From Fistulifera solaris (lineage: Eukaryota), in the NCBI GenBank assembly GCA_030295235.1, contig AP026130.1:310001-374000 (forward strand): DNA of 64,000 nucleotides, read 5' to 3'. Positions 1-13,778 of the stretch are shown here, piece by piece (position 1 is the stretch's first letter; each line of letters starts with the position of its first letter). Made by a program: the position numbers and the translations under genes. The notes beneath the pieces were generated by a model, which made no database searches, was not told where the DNA came from, and was given only the letters and a program-made list of their open reading frames with translations.

Positions 1-1478
1 AACATAGATATAGTCCGGTGCCATGGATTTCGCATCCGGTGCTTCCGTCGCGGCTAACTGCACTTCCACTTCTTCCACCTCTTCAACATCATTGCTGTCC
101 TGGTTGCTCGACGATCCTTTTTTCTGCAAAAACATCTTGCCTTTGTTCTTAATTTTGTTCAAGGTCGTTTTTACGGCTTTCGTGGCTTTGGCCGCCGTTT
201 CCCCCATATTGGCGAGCGCGGACTCCCCGTACATGGCTTTCTTATCCGCCTTGACAATGTCCACCAGCTCTTGCGCCAAGCACTCGGATGGCGTCGCGGG
301 AGCACCCGATCCCAGCTGATTTACCATTTGTCGTGGCGACGAAAATTCTCCCTTGACCGTGGTCATGAACAGATCCGGAATGCGCTGATTGACGGTATTG
401 GCATCCATACCCCGCGTTTCCATGTTGTTGGTGTCCAAATGAATAATAAGAACATCACCCAATCCGTCCGTATAGTCTAAACGGGACACCACGGGCGACA
501 AAATACCAATCAAGTAGGGATAGGGCGCCGCCAGATACTGCCACAAATGCGGCGGCATGACGGGAATGTACAAATGCTGCCATTGGAGCATGCCTTGCGC
601 CAGCATGGCGAGAGCCGCATGCGAGCAAGCGGCCAACCGGGTCGGACTATGGCTTACCATGATGACACGACGTTCCGAAAGAAGAGCCGACAAAATGCGG
701 AGCGCGTGGGCCACACCCACACAGCGTAGTAGGGGTAAAATGGAGTTGCTGGCATTTGCCACGGATTGACTCGACGAGGCGGTCAGTAACGCGGTGGGAA
801 TCAAGTAGCGATTGAGATCGACGGAAGTAAAGGTGGGAACGGACAATCCCAGTTCCAGTCCTTCCAAAGTTGCGAGAAGAGGAACTCCCTGTTGCTCTGG
901 GGGTCTCGTCTGATATATTCTCGCCAAATGCTGCTGATGATTGACCAGATTGTGCAACAGCCACTTTTGCGGTTCCGCGTGAGCTTGTTGATACGGCGGC
1001 ATCGTCGCTTGATGGTAGGAAATCGCTTGCAACGATTTGAGAATAGAGGCATAGAGCGAATCGGCACCCGCCGCACGCGTCAATATCACCAGTGCCCGTT
1101 CTCCTCGTCGTCCTACATCGTATCGGGATCGAGCCACCAAATGGGGCGGTAAATACCTTCGTACGTGCCCATGCATGCGGGCGCCCGTACTGAGCTGCAA
1201 CGAAAACGTGAACTGAAGGAAGGGTGTATTTTGCATCGCGTGGTAGTCGTAACGATTGAGGGGTGACGCTCCTGAAGCGGGCGGAGCCGACGTCTGATCG
1301 TATTCTGGAAACGCAAAACTGGCGACTTGCGGGATACTTTTTGCATTTCTTCCATGAGAGCATCGTCTCTTGCCGGGGACGGCACCCAGAAGGGTTTTGG
1401 GCAAGACGACGAAGCCGCTGGATGCGGAACATCCAAAAACAGATCAAAGAGGGGCAGCGGGCTTGCAGGTGCCGCCAT
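1..1478 (-). CDS. DENN-domain protein (Rab GEF, DENND1-like); 3' end lies outside the window
   Basis: Manual minus-strand translation: MAAPASPLPLFDLFL...IPQVASFAFPEYD...LSALLSERRVIMVSHSPTRLAACSHAALAMLAQGMLQWQHLYIPVMPPHLWQYLAAPYPYLIGI, the core DENN signature. One A-run frameshift near 1340. Missing from the ORF track because the frame runs off the window edge. Confidence 0.8.
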
Positions 1479-1878
1479 TTTGCAGCGTCTTTTTGTTGAA
1501 CGAATTATAAATAGCTTCAAGTGAATCAATACAGATTGCTGATTACCTTGTTAATGCGCAACCCATTTTCCTCTCGTCATCGGCTGCTTCCGCGACGACG
1601 GTTGAAAAATCCAACCGCAATCGCACCTCGTGTCGTACTGGTTTCTGTCGGATCCGTTAGGAGCTCGGAGTAATAGGAGGTCATTATCTTTTGGAATCGC
1701 TATAATGTGTATCGTGAGAAGATACTACAGCCTAATGCTAAACAATGAAAAAGACGAAAGCGAACGATGATATGACCTGGTTGCTTATGAACCGGTCGAT
1801 GCTCAGAAATGAACAGAAAGTAGCGTTGGCAAACTATCAAGCGATCACTATTCTTTTATATTGATGAGAACACCCATC

Positions 1879-2743
1879 CTACAAAAGAGTAACTTCAAGA
1901 GCTTGTTTCAAGGTCGCAAGCTCCACGCCATAACTCTTTGCGCCTTCGCTCGTGTCGCAACCGAGACTTCCCAGCGCCCGGTTCTCCAAGAAGATGCAAT
2001 CGAAATGAACCCATCATATCACCGTTCTGAAGCAATTCCTGCTCTTGCTTCAAAGCTTCCTCCCCGGTAAGGTCAGTGAATGTAAACTTTTGTCCTTTAA
2101 CCTCCTCCACGAGAGCTAGTGCTTCACGCCAAGGCATGGTCTCAGCCTGAATGCAGAGACTACCTCCATTCGCAAACTTCGGGATCGGCCAAGGCCTTGG
2201 CCAAAACATACCAATATCGGCCGTTTCGTAAAAGAGAATCTACCGGCACCACCATCCACCAAGGTCGCCGTCATGTTCTCAAGATCCGCCAAGAAAGCGA
2301 AAACGTAGTCCGAAAATAGTCCAGTGTACACGGCAAGAGTCGGAAGACCGACCTTTTCGTGGTCCATAACAACCTTTTTCCCAACAAAAAGGGAAAACCC
2401 GGCTTCCAACGGCGATGGTCAACGCCAAACTGAGAAGGAACATAGAGAGAGGCACCCGCTGCTTTGGCAGCATTGATCAACTTAATCTCGGTGTCAACAA
2501 AGTCTGGGCCCGAAACAGTTGTAACGACGACGGAAGGCGTTGGGCATGGCCTTGACCAGTCCCTCTAAGTCATTAAAGTCCACTTGCTGTACTTTCCATC
2601 CAAAACTTTCGAGATTCTTGGTTTTCTCTCCGATCGACCTGACCAGGGCAACCTTGGCATCGAAGCCTTGCGCAGTCGCGAAGACCCTTGGCCATTTCTT
2701 GGCCTAGGCCTCCGGTGGCGCCGACAAAGTAAAGAACTTTCAT
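1879..2743 (-). pseudogene. NmrA-like / isoflavone-reductase-like atypical SDR, copy 1 (several frameshifts; pseudogene or assembly errors)
   Basis: MKVLYFVGATGGLGQEMAK (Rossmann GxTGxxG), INAAKAAGASLYVPSQFG, VYTGLFSDY. Colinear with the paralogue at 13779-14645. Confidence 0.75.
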
Positions 2744-2905
2744 GATTGAATAAATAGGGTATTGATGGTGCTGTTGTGTTGAAGAATAAAATTGTGAGCA
2801 CTGATCGACTTGCGGTTGAGCTTTGCTTTTCGCGAAGATGAAAGACCTTTTTCATACTTTTTTCTCGGATGTTCTCAGCGGCGATGACGGCGGCGATCTC
2901 GCGAT

Positions 2906-3358
2906 TCTCACGTATCGACGGACAGAAATTGGAAGTATTTTCTGTCAACCAAGTCGCTACGTTTCGCAACAACAGAAGAGGAAGTATCTGGTAGCCTAAG
3001 ACGATAAAACAGTCAAAGTTTTCCAAACAACAATATTATAAGCCTTTACAAATCCGACAAATGATCAAGGTGGAACCTCACTGGGTGATGGTTCCGCCGA
3101 GAATGTCACTGCCATCGGACTAGGTCTTATTTTATCTTGAAATTCTGAGCTCACGTATGTGGCTCTAACATTCTTGTATCGCGTTGCTTGCAAACTTTTC
3201 ACGCCTTCACGATCAATCCAAATCGTACAAAGACCCTTGGGCCTCTCCCATGAGGTTCCGTCCCGAAGGCTTCCGATTTGGGGGTCGTTCGCGATAGGTC
3301 GTGCGGCTAAATTGGGTGAGTCCCTAGTAGTCTGCCCGCTATCCGCATATCCGTGACA
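2906..3358 (-). repeat. 3' LTR (453 bp)
   Basis: Direct repeat of 9537-9993, differing by one substitution plus a 1-bp and a 3-bp indel in my manual alignment. Element-strand ends are TGTCACGG...CGTGAGA. Confidence 0.95.
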
Positions 3359-6300
3359 CTCCCTCTCAGACGAAGAGGGACCACTTTCATTCCAACCCAT
3401 TAACTTGTCTCGAAGATAGGTAAACGTTTCCCTAGGCAATCCTTTCGTCATGATATCCGCAAGCTGTTCTTTAGTGTCAATCTTGTTGATCTTCAATTCA
3501 CCACTTTGAACATGTTGTCGGAAGAAATGATACTTGGTTGCATAGTGCTTCGAGCGAGGGGTCATCCAGCGGAATCGTAGCAAGAGTGAGCGCTCCATTG
3601 TTGTCTTCAAATACATCCGAATGGGCAATGCTCTCGACTTGATCTTCTCCAGTAATAGCCTTAGCAACAGCAGTAACAAGTCTTCGCATCGGCAAAACAT
3701 CGCGCATAGCAGTACTCAATGCGACATACTCACTCTCCATTGTACTTAGAGAGATTTCAGACTGTAGCTTCGATACCCAAAGTAGGGGGCAATTGCCGAG
3801 CGTCAAGATGTAGCCAGTACGCGACTTCACACTTATCGGATCTTCAGGATCTTCAGCTCCCCACAAACCGGCAAAGTCGGCATCAACAAAGCAATCAATC
3901 TTCAACTCTTTCGTCGGATGCATCACCAAACCACGATCGGCCGTTCCTTTCAAATAGCGGACAATTCTCTTGATCGCTTTAGCATGACTTTGCCTCGGCG
4001 AATGAGTGAAGCGAGCGCACTGATGGACAGCAAATGCAATATCCGGTCGAGAGTTTGACGACAAGTAGAGCAACATTCCGACAACCGAAGCATAATTCCA
4101 AGACTCGGCGAACGCAGCACCAGCCAAATCTTTTCCCAATGGTTTGTTTTCAGCAGGCGTGTCGCAAGAATTACAATCAGCCATGTCGGTAGCTTCGATG
4201 ACGCGATTAATGAGACCTTTCTGGGTCAACTCGATAGTATCGCCACGACGGGTAAACTGAATTCCCAAGAACGCGGAAACATCTTTCGACTCCACAGTCA
4301 AAGTCAGAACCTTGTCAATAGCTTCGATCATCTCATCCATGCACTTTTCATCGAGACTGAACCAAAGGCAATCATCGGCGTAAGTCAAACAAATAATTTT
4401 CTCGTGCACGAACAGGCAAGCATCGATATCGACCAACTGTTTGAAACCATGCTTCTCCAAAGTGTCCTTCAGCAAGTTAAAGAATCGGAGTGGACTATCG
4501 GACTTGCCATAAAGCGTCTTCTGGAGCATCAAAACAGTATCTTCGCCATCGTCGTGAAATCCTTGAGGCATCTCGATGTAGCACTCTTCAGTAGGCGGCA
4601 AAGGGGCTTGGCCGAGCGCATTGACATAATCAACTTGGCGGGTATGCATTCCATGGACGATGGACATAATCAACAACAACCGGACTGTGGACCACTGTAC
4701 GACAGGAGAGTAGGACTCGAAATAGTCGACTCCTTTTATCTCCATATCGCCACGAACACAGAATCTCGCCTTGTACTTCGTGGGTGTCCCATCCGGTGAA
4801 CGCTTAAGCCGAAGCAGCCCAAGTGGACTTTATCACGCGCTTATTTGCAGGTACAGAAGCTCGCGGAATTTTCCTCCATGTCCCCATCTTCTCCAACATT
4901 CGAATTTCTTTCACCATCGCATCTTGCCATTCTCGATATTCAGCAGACGACATAGCTTGATGATACATTGGATAGTCGGGATCGGAACCTTTCTTTGGCT
5001 TCTTTACACGCTGCATAGCGGCGAAAGCAACAGGATCTCGCAAATCAAACTCGCCGAGCTCCGAATCCCAACAAGCAACAAGGCCGGAATGAATCGACGC
5101 CAATAAAGGAGAAAGTTTCGCGAGGAATCGGCGCAAGAACAACCGAAGCAACGTTGGTAATAAATTCATTGAACTTTCTTGGAGCACGTCTCTCGCGAGT
5201 GGATCGGCGAGGTTCGGTAGGAGCAGCTGGTGTCTTCTTCCGCGGCGAACTTGATGGAGGCTTGGCATCCACAGCAACCTTGGGAGCAGGAATCGGCTCA
5301 ACCGGTTTTGAATTTGGCTCAGGTAGTTTAACAGGAGTAGTAACTGTCTTTTGCTCTTGCTCCCTCTGCAATGTAGGCTCGCTTGAACTCTTTTCAGTCG
5401 TAGGTTCGGCATCTGTTCGCAGTCGCTGGTGCACCTTGTCGAAATCAACCGGGGGGCTAGCATTGTCTTGAACGCTTCGAATCTTGCGAGATCGCTCTTG
5501 AATTCGAACATGCAACTCTTCTTGACTCAACCACTCGTCATCCAAGTCGATCGGATCATCCTCATCGAAAAATACTTGGAAGCGAGGCGATGCGAAGATG
5601 TCGGCCCAAGTCTTCGGATCGACAGAATCATCCGCACCGACAACATTCGAAACAGTGGCAAACCAATCATCGACAACAACATGAAACTGCGCGGAAATCC
5701 GGTTCGTTTCTAGGTTCAAAACAACAGGAACATTCGATGCATGCCGCTTCGACAAACCCAAGAAAACGCCGCGTCTTGAGCGAGGTTCAAACTTCGGAAT
5801 CTTGTGCCCATCTTGCAACTTCGGGTTCAGAATATACGGGTGATCCCCAAACATGCATATCAGCAAACACTTTTCGATCGGTCGTTGTTCTGAAGATCAT
5901 ATCAGCCGGAGATGTATTGTTTTCGCCGGGTCCATAGTTGAAATTTTGAACGACATAATCAATCGCCTGAGGCCACAAGTCCGAAGAAATCGCTTTCGGC
6001 CAACGCAATTTAGCATGTAGCATCGTAGTGCGTGCGAGAGATATAATACTTCCGATTGCGCGCTCAGCAACAGCATTTTGGTGGTGAGCACCAGGTCCAC
6101 TGAGAGTCATCGACTGGTAGTTCGTATCAATTTGCTTTGCGAACTCCTGCGCCGTAAACGTGCCATTGTCGGTATGATATTGGACCACCGTGATGCCGTG
6201 GTTCGCCATTGCACTTTCAAACTCCAACTTGGCGCGCAAAGCCTCGCCAGCAGTAAAATTCAAAACATGAACGACATAAACAAATCCACTTGCATGATCG

Positions 6301-7199
6301 ACAAAAATCACACCGCCTTTGAACTTCTCATCATCCTTGGTACCACCGAAACCAGAGTAAAGACGTCCTCTCGTTGAAACAGAGAAGTGATCCATTGAAA
6401 CCTTCTGGCCCGGAATTAAAATATCCTTCGAGAGAACTTTGGATTGGCGATCGACGGTCAATTTCGCTCCAGTCGACTTGCGCTTTCCTTTTCCATACAT
6501 GCAAGCAGCGCTTGGGAATCATACAACGCGCCGCGCTTGGACTTCAGCAGAATTTCCGAGCGCCCGGTTTTGAGCAAGGCTTGAATGCTTTTCATGCTTC
6601 GGTGAACAAATCGGAAATGCAAGCGAAGAAGAAACTTCTGTGCCTCACTCAAGTTTTGATTCTCAGCTGTAGTAACACAGTTTTGAATCTTCGCAGCATT
6701 GAGAGCAACAGATTGTTTTCGGAACATCTCCAACGTAGGCAAATTGTTTTCAGGAGAGTATGCAATATCAAGAAAGTGGCCGTCCAACAAATCGACATGA
6801 ATGAGGCTCGAGTCGCCCGGAAAAACGCGGTTCGTCGTTTCGTTGCGCCTTCACCAATTGACAATAGGACTGTGGGCTGAAGAGTCGAACATTCGCCTCG
6901 GGCACATGTAATCCGGGAATCCGAAAAGTAAAGCCCTTGCCGTTTGACAGAGTAGCAGTCCACTCAAGAGTACCTGTGCCGGCAATCGAAGAACCTGCAG
7001 CAAAGCCAGACAAAACTGTATCGCCAGTAGTAGGGGTGTAGGATGTGAAGTCATCACGGTCGAATGTAACAGCAACTGTGGCTCCAGTGTCCCATATAAC
7101 CGGAAACAGATTCGCCATGGTCGGTTTTCCAGCGACATGGACTTGATGCAGAGCAGGGAGGGCATAAATAGACGGGGGAAGCTTCGCGTCACGGTGCAA
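3065..7199 (-). CDS. pol: Copia pol polyprotein (protease, integrase, RT, RNase H), broken by frameshifts
   Basis: Protease VIWDTGA (~7090); integrase VSMDHF...YHTDNGTF...HHQNAVAERAI; RT GVDYFESYSPVV, QVDYVNA, YADD; RNase H FVDADFAG, SRTGY, STMESEY, EDNNGA. Confidence 0.93.
3359..3367 (-). other. Polypurine tract (PPT)
   Basis: GAGAGGGAG immediately 5' of the 3' LTR on the element strand. Confidence 0.85.
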
Positions 7200-7982
7200 A
7201 GTAGGCTCTAGATTTGTCTACACTATTATGTCCCTCTCGAAGCAACATCGTCTCAGTAGCTCCCTCTGGAAGAGAATGCCCGGTGGGGTAACAAAATAAT
7301 GAAGTGTCATCTAGTAGGTGCCAGGGCGTAGGATGCTCGTTCGGCCGGACACGGCAAATCAAACGACTTCGGTATTCAAATGACCGTTCCGATCTATCAT
7401 ATCCGGGAAGCTCTAAGGCCCAACGCGGAATCACTTGGTCGTCCTCAACGTTTTCTCTTGACGCGCGCAGGCTCAACAAAACGATTTTGCTTTCGGCCGA
7501 AAAACACCACCCTCACCATGCTGACAATTCGAAGCTTTTGATGATGAAGAAGGATCAGGAGGTCGGCGCAAACGTCGGCTGCGTTCACTTGGATGAAACT
7601 GGTGGCAGCCATGCCAGGCGGGCACCAAGTTGACTCCATAAACAACACCAGGGGCTCCGAAGCGTAAGCGTCACTCGCCACATGCTCGTCATGATCAAAG
7701 AAAGCACCATGAAACGACACGGAGAGAGATGAGACGCTTCCGGGCAAAGGTTTGAATCGCGGCCGAAGACCAAGAGAGCGACGATGAGCGGCACTTTGGG
7801 CACGCAACCACTTCGAAATGGTCGGCAACACGGAAATGACGCCACCAAGAAAAACACTCAACAATCAACCAGCAAAGAATAAAATGCTTCGGCGACAACT
7901 CCAACAATAAACGACCGATAAGGACGGACAAAAGGCTCAGGAAGGGACCTCGATCGAAAGGTTCACCTTCCCTGCCGATTTC

Positions 7983-9435
7983 CTATTCGGAATCGCTGTC
8001 GGAACCCCAACAGAACTGCAAGGGTGCCGTCCAAGCTTGGGCAACATTAGCGGCAGGAGCGGCGGGCTTGGCATCAGCGGGCTTCTCTTCCTTGCTCTTG
8101 TGCTCGTCGGTTCCATGGGTCTGGTTCCAGCGCTTGCATTTGGCGCAATAATAGAAAGTCTTGCCGTACTTGGTCATGGTGGTGGGCTCTCCATCCTTCG
8201 GCGATGCGAGTCCAACGAGTTTCGGTCGAACCGCCGCTTTCTTTTCGCCATCACCACCGCCAGTCTTCGTAGCAGCCTTGTCTTTGTTCGCCTTCTTGTC
8301 CTTGGTCTTCGAGGAGGCAGTTTTAGTGCCATTCGACTCGAATTTCGACTTGAGGGTCTTGAACTTCGGCTTTGAGACTCTTGATCGCCGCAGCATTAGC
8401 ACTAACTTCAGTAGTAGTTCCTTTAGCCGGTCCCCAATCTTCCTTTAGGTTGCTGTAGACATCCTTTGCTTCATGGAGAATGCGGCGATAGTTGGTGTAG
8501 CCGCTCATCCTTTCAGCAACTTCCTTCGACTTTCCGGCAGAGAGAGCACAAAGTCGGAGAGGGATGCGAAGCCGTGTGCCAGTGAACACGGAATCCTTCG
8601 ACCGAGCAAGTGCACAGCTGCTGCTGCAAAATGACCAAGTGATCGCGAGGGAGCTGATCATTGGCCTCCAACTCTTGCAAAGTCTCCATCTGCGCATTCG
8701 CCCAGGCAGCAACATTTTCTCCGGGAGTTTCGACCAACTTGCTGCGGAACACCTCTTCGAGTTGAGGAACCGCGGCGTTTGGAAGAACTTCTTCGGTGAT
8801 TTTCATCCAAACCAAAGGTCCAAGGCGCGCATGAGCAGAGCTCAAAGAAGTTCGAATCGTGCGCTGGAAGGAGCTCCAACGAGTTAAACAGAAAAGCAGC
8901 CGAATCGCTAAGCGAATTGATCATATACTGATCAAACACACCGGACTTGATCATGTCTTGAGGGTGCTTCAGCGACTTCATCGAAGGTGAACTTGCCGTG
9001 GTAGACAAAGAGATCAATAACACGACTGAGATCGGCAGGATCGTTCATGAAGAACGGCTGTCGAGACCATGCGTAATGCAATGGTTGAACGCTGCATCCG
9101 CAAGCTCAACAAGGCGATAGTCATTCGCGGTAGGACTGAACTTGGGGTCGAGACCGGAGATGCGATCCTTGAAACTTTTCTCGGCGATACGGATTCGGAT
9201 CTCGAAAGCAGTAGGGCGTCGCAGGCACAAGGTTAACACTCGCGAGTAAAGCTTGCATCCGGAGCACCGCCAATGGCTGGGATAGAACTTTGAACAAGGC
9301 CGAACTTCGGCGAGCGGGCTCGGAAAAAGTGGCCTGAACATTCGTTTCGACTTTTAAGCTCGGTGAAAACGCGAGTGTAGAACCAGTTAGAACCGGAGGA
9401 GGTTTCCTGTCATCAGCTTCGGTTTGGGAAGACAT
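7983..9435 (-). CDS. gag: Copia gag, frameshifted
   Basis: Starts MSSQTEADD just after the PBS; contains GPLVWMKI; zinc-knuckle-like YYCAKCKRWNQTHGTDEH; ends in TAG at 7983-7985. Confidence 0.8.
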
Positions 9436-9522
9436 ATCGCCGAATAACGGGGCGACAAAAAAGGGAGTAAGTAGGGCACGTGTATCAAACAACTGCAAAA
9501 GACTGTACCAGATAGTGTAAAT

Positions 9523-9536
9523 CTGGGCTCGTAACC
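9523..9536 (-). other. Primer-binding site complementary to the anticodon arm of initiator tRNA-Met
   Basis: GGTTACGAGCCCAG directly after the 5' LTR. It resembles the Drosophila copia PBS GGTTATGGGCCCAG and does not begin with the usual TGG. Confidence 0.75.
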
Positions 9537-9993
9537 TCTCACGTATCGACGGACAGAAATTGGAAGTATTTTCTGTCAACCAAGTCGCTACGTTTAGCAA
9601 CAACAGAAGAGGAAGTATCTGGTAGCCTAAGACGATAAAACAGTCAAAGTTTTCCAAACAACAATATTATAAGCCTTTACAAATCCGACAAATGATCAAG
9701 GTGGAACCTCACTGGGTGATGGTTCCGCCCGAGAATGTCACTGCCATCGGACTAGGTCTTATTTTATCTTGAAATTCTGAGCTCACGTATGTGGCTCTAA
9801 CATTCTTGTATCGCGTTGCTTGCAAACTTTTCACGCCTTCACGATCAATCCAAATCGTACAAAGACCCTTGGGCCTCTCCCATGAGGTTCCGTCCCGAAG
9901 GCTTCCGATTTGGGGGTCGTGGTTCGCGATAGGTCGTGCGGCTAAATTGGGTGAGTCCCTAGTAGTCTGCCCGCTATCCGCATATCCGTGACA
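9537..9993 (-). repeat. 5' LTR (457 bp)
   Basis: Direct repeat of 2906-3358. Confidence 0.95.
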
Positions 9994-10250
9994 GCGATGG
10001 TTTTCCGCTGAATTTTCCAGAATGTTCTCGTCTGTCTGTTACCAGTACAGTACCAATGATGATGACCAGCAACGATGATGACATCATCCACGTACGTACT
10101 GTCCATTCGGGATTCGTCGACAACAGTCCGTACAGCGTCCGCACTCTTTAGAACGCTCCACACTCCAAACCTGCTTCAATTATATTCATTCGAAGGCAGC
10201 CATGTTGTGAGTTCTAAATCCGAATCGCACACAAGGAAAAGATACGTGCA

Positions 10251-11970
<1,720 letters not shown>

Positions 11971-12336
11971 TTTGATCGCAAAAGACACGGAAACGCACTC
12001 GAGGTGAATTGTTTTAAAGCAGATAGTAACAGGAGTAAAGCACAAAAGCACTTTTGATTGAGAAATAAAAATTTACGAAAGCGGGTGCGAACGAAATATA
12101 TACCAGGTAATGCGGGGGGCATTTAATGACGCGTACATTGTCTACTACCGGCGTCTGTCATTGCTACGTGTGGGTGTCATCGAACGTCGCGATCATCGGC
12201 GGCAAAAAAAAGATCGTCGATGGATTTATTAGACAATTGATTCTAATCATAAAATATTAAAAGAAACCAAGCATACAAAGAACCTTGTTCACTCAAGACG
12301 TCGCTTAAATACGTAAACATTTGAAGTTGTCGCGAA

Positions 12337-13116
12337 ATGAAGTTCCGTTGCCCGAGCCTACTATTAATTGTCGTATGTCTTCTGGCGACACAAACGGCTT
12401 TTGCGAGAACGCTTTACCCCGTGGCAGTGACTGGATACCACCGCCGTCGAAGCGCACCCGGACACCATCGTTCGTCTGTTTTACCTGTCAGTCGCAGAAC
12501 GACAAGACAATCTCAAGAGCGCGCGGTCCCCGAAGTCGTCGATGCGCCACAATCGGGTGTCCATCATTCTGCCGAACTCGGCCTGGTGGGGAGGATCGTT
12601 GCCGGAGCCGTGGAAGTCGCTGTGAGCACTGGACTCGAATATGTGTCCGGATTTTTGGGAGGATATACGCTGGGAACGGTCACCGATGTGCCTCGATTGT
12701 TGTTTCGTACGACGAGTCAACCCACCTTCCTGAAAGAAACGTCGAGCCGCTTCGTACGAATGCACGGCAAAGCCTTGAAATGGGCCAAAACGTGGGGAGG
12801 GATTTCGGCGGCCTTTGGTGGTTTCAACGTCCTCATTAAAGTGGTTCGGGGTGGGAAAGAAGATGACTGGAATTCGATTCTTAGTAGCACCGCCGCCGGT
12901 GTTTTCTTTGCCCGAAAAGGTACGCATCTATGAGTGTTGTAAGAATGGCGGAACTGTGGGCCGACGACTCAATCTTGCTTTCTTTGAATGACAGAAGGTC
13001 CACAGGGGATGCTACGTGCTGCCGTTCTGTACGGTGGGTTGATGTACGTCATTCATGGTGGAACGTTTTCAAGACGTGATCCATCTCGATATGTCGAAGA
13101 ACCCATAGACTTTTGA
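12337..13116 (+). CDS. Tim17/Tim22/Tim23 (PRAT) family membrane protein with N-terminal signal peptide; intron 12920-12994
   Basis: KWAKTWGGISAAFGGFNVLIKVVRGGKEDDWNSILSSTAAG matches the PRAT motif. The GT..AG intron restores ARKEGPQGMLRAAVLYGG...EEPIDF*. Confidence 0.8.
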
Positions 13117-13778
13117 ACAAGGAAACTTAAATGTAGTCAATGAGGATTTTCGCGGCAATCTGTTTTGCAACAAGGACTTACAAGACGCGTACCTTGTAGT
13201 TTGTGGCATCAAGATTTGTCAAGCAGTTATCGGACGTGAAACGATGCAGCCACCTTCCTTTTCTAGTCGATTTACTCGCTGTGCATTTGGCGAAAGTGGA
13301 TATATTCAGGCACCAATATTTGTAAGCTGCTATTTGTAGAGACGAGATCGATGGTCACAACGAATCACGATAGCGAGGGGAGCAAAGTATGCAAGGTACT
13401 GTTAAAGATGCACTGGTATTTAACTATTCTAGTTTCCGACGTTGCGAAGTTAGTTGGGAACTGGTTGAGCTGCTGAGTTTTGCCTCATTGACGCGGACGG
13501 GTTGTTTTCACTCATAATCACGAAAAACAAGTCGTCGGTCACGTTGATGAGGTCATCGTGCTGACTGGCAACAAACAGACGCACACGCGAGAACAGCGAG
13601 GAATAATGACGAGGAAAACCTTCGATTTATTGTTGGCAGCACTTTTGCTTTCGAACAAGCCAGAAGTTTCAAGAACATTGTACCTGGTATCTTCGGAAAG
13701 TTCTTGCTTAAACGCAAAGAATAGCCGCAGTTCGATCGCACTCACAATTTGAATCAACGCCATAACTTACGAGCCATT

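Larger units (their letters stand above)
2906..9993 (-). mobile_element. Full-length Ty1/copia LTR retrotransposon (CoDi-like), recent insertion
   Basis: Two near-identical LTRs, 5-bp TSD GCGAT (2901-2905 and 9994-9998), PPT, PBS, and gag-PR-IN-RT-RH in copia order on the minus strand. Confidence 0.97.

Noticed and set aside
2565..3356. Duplicated ORFs MENFDCF... and MALTFLY... (also at 9121-9991) as a repeated small gene pair
   Set aside because: They are incidental translations of the two LTRs.
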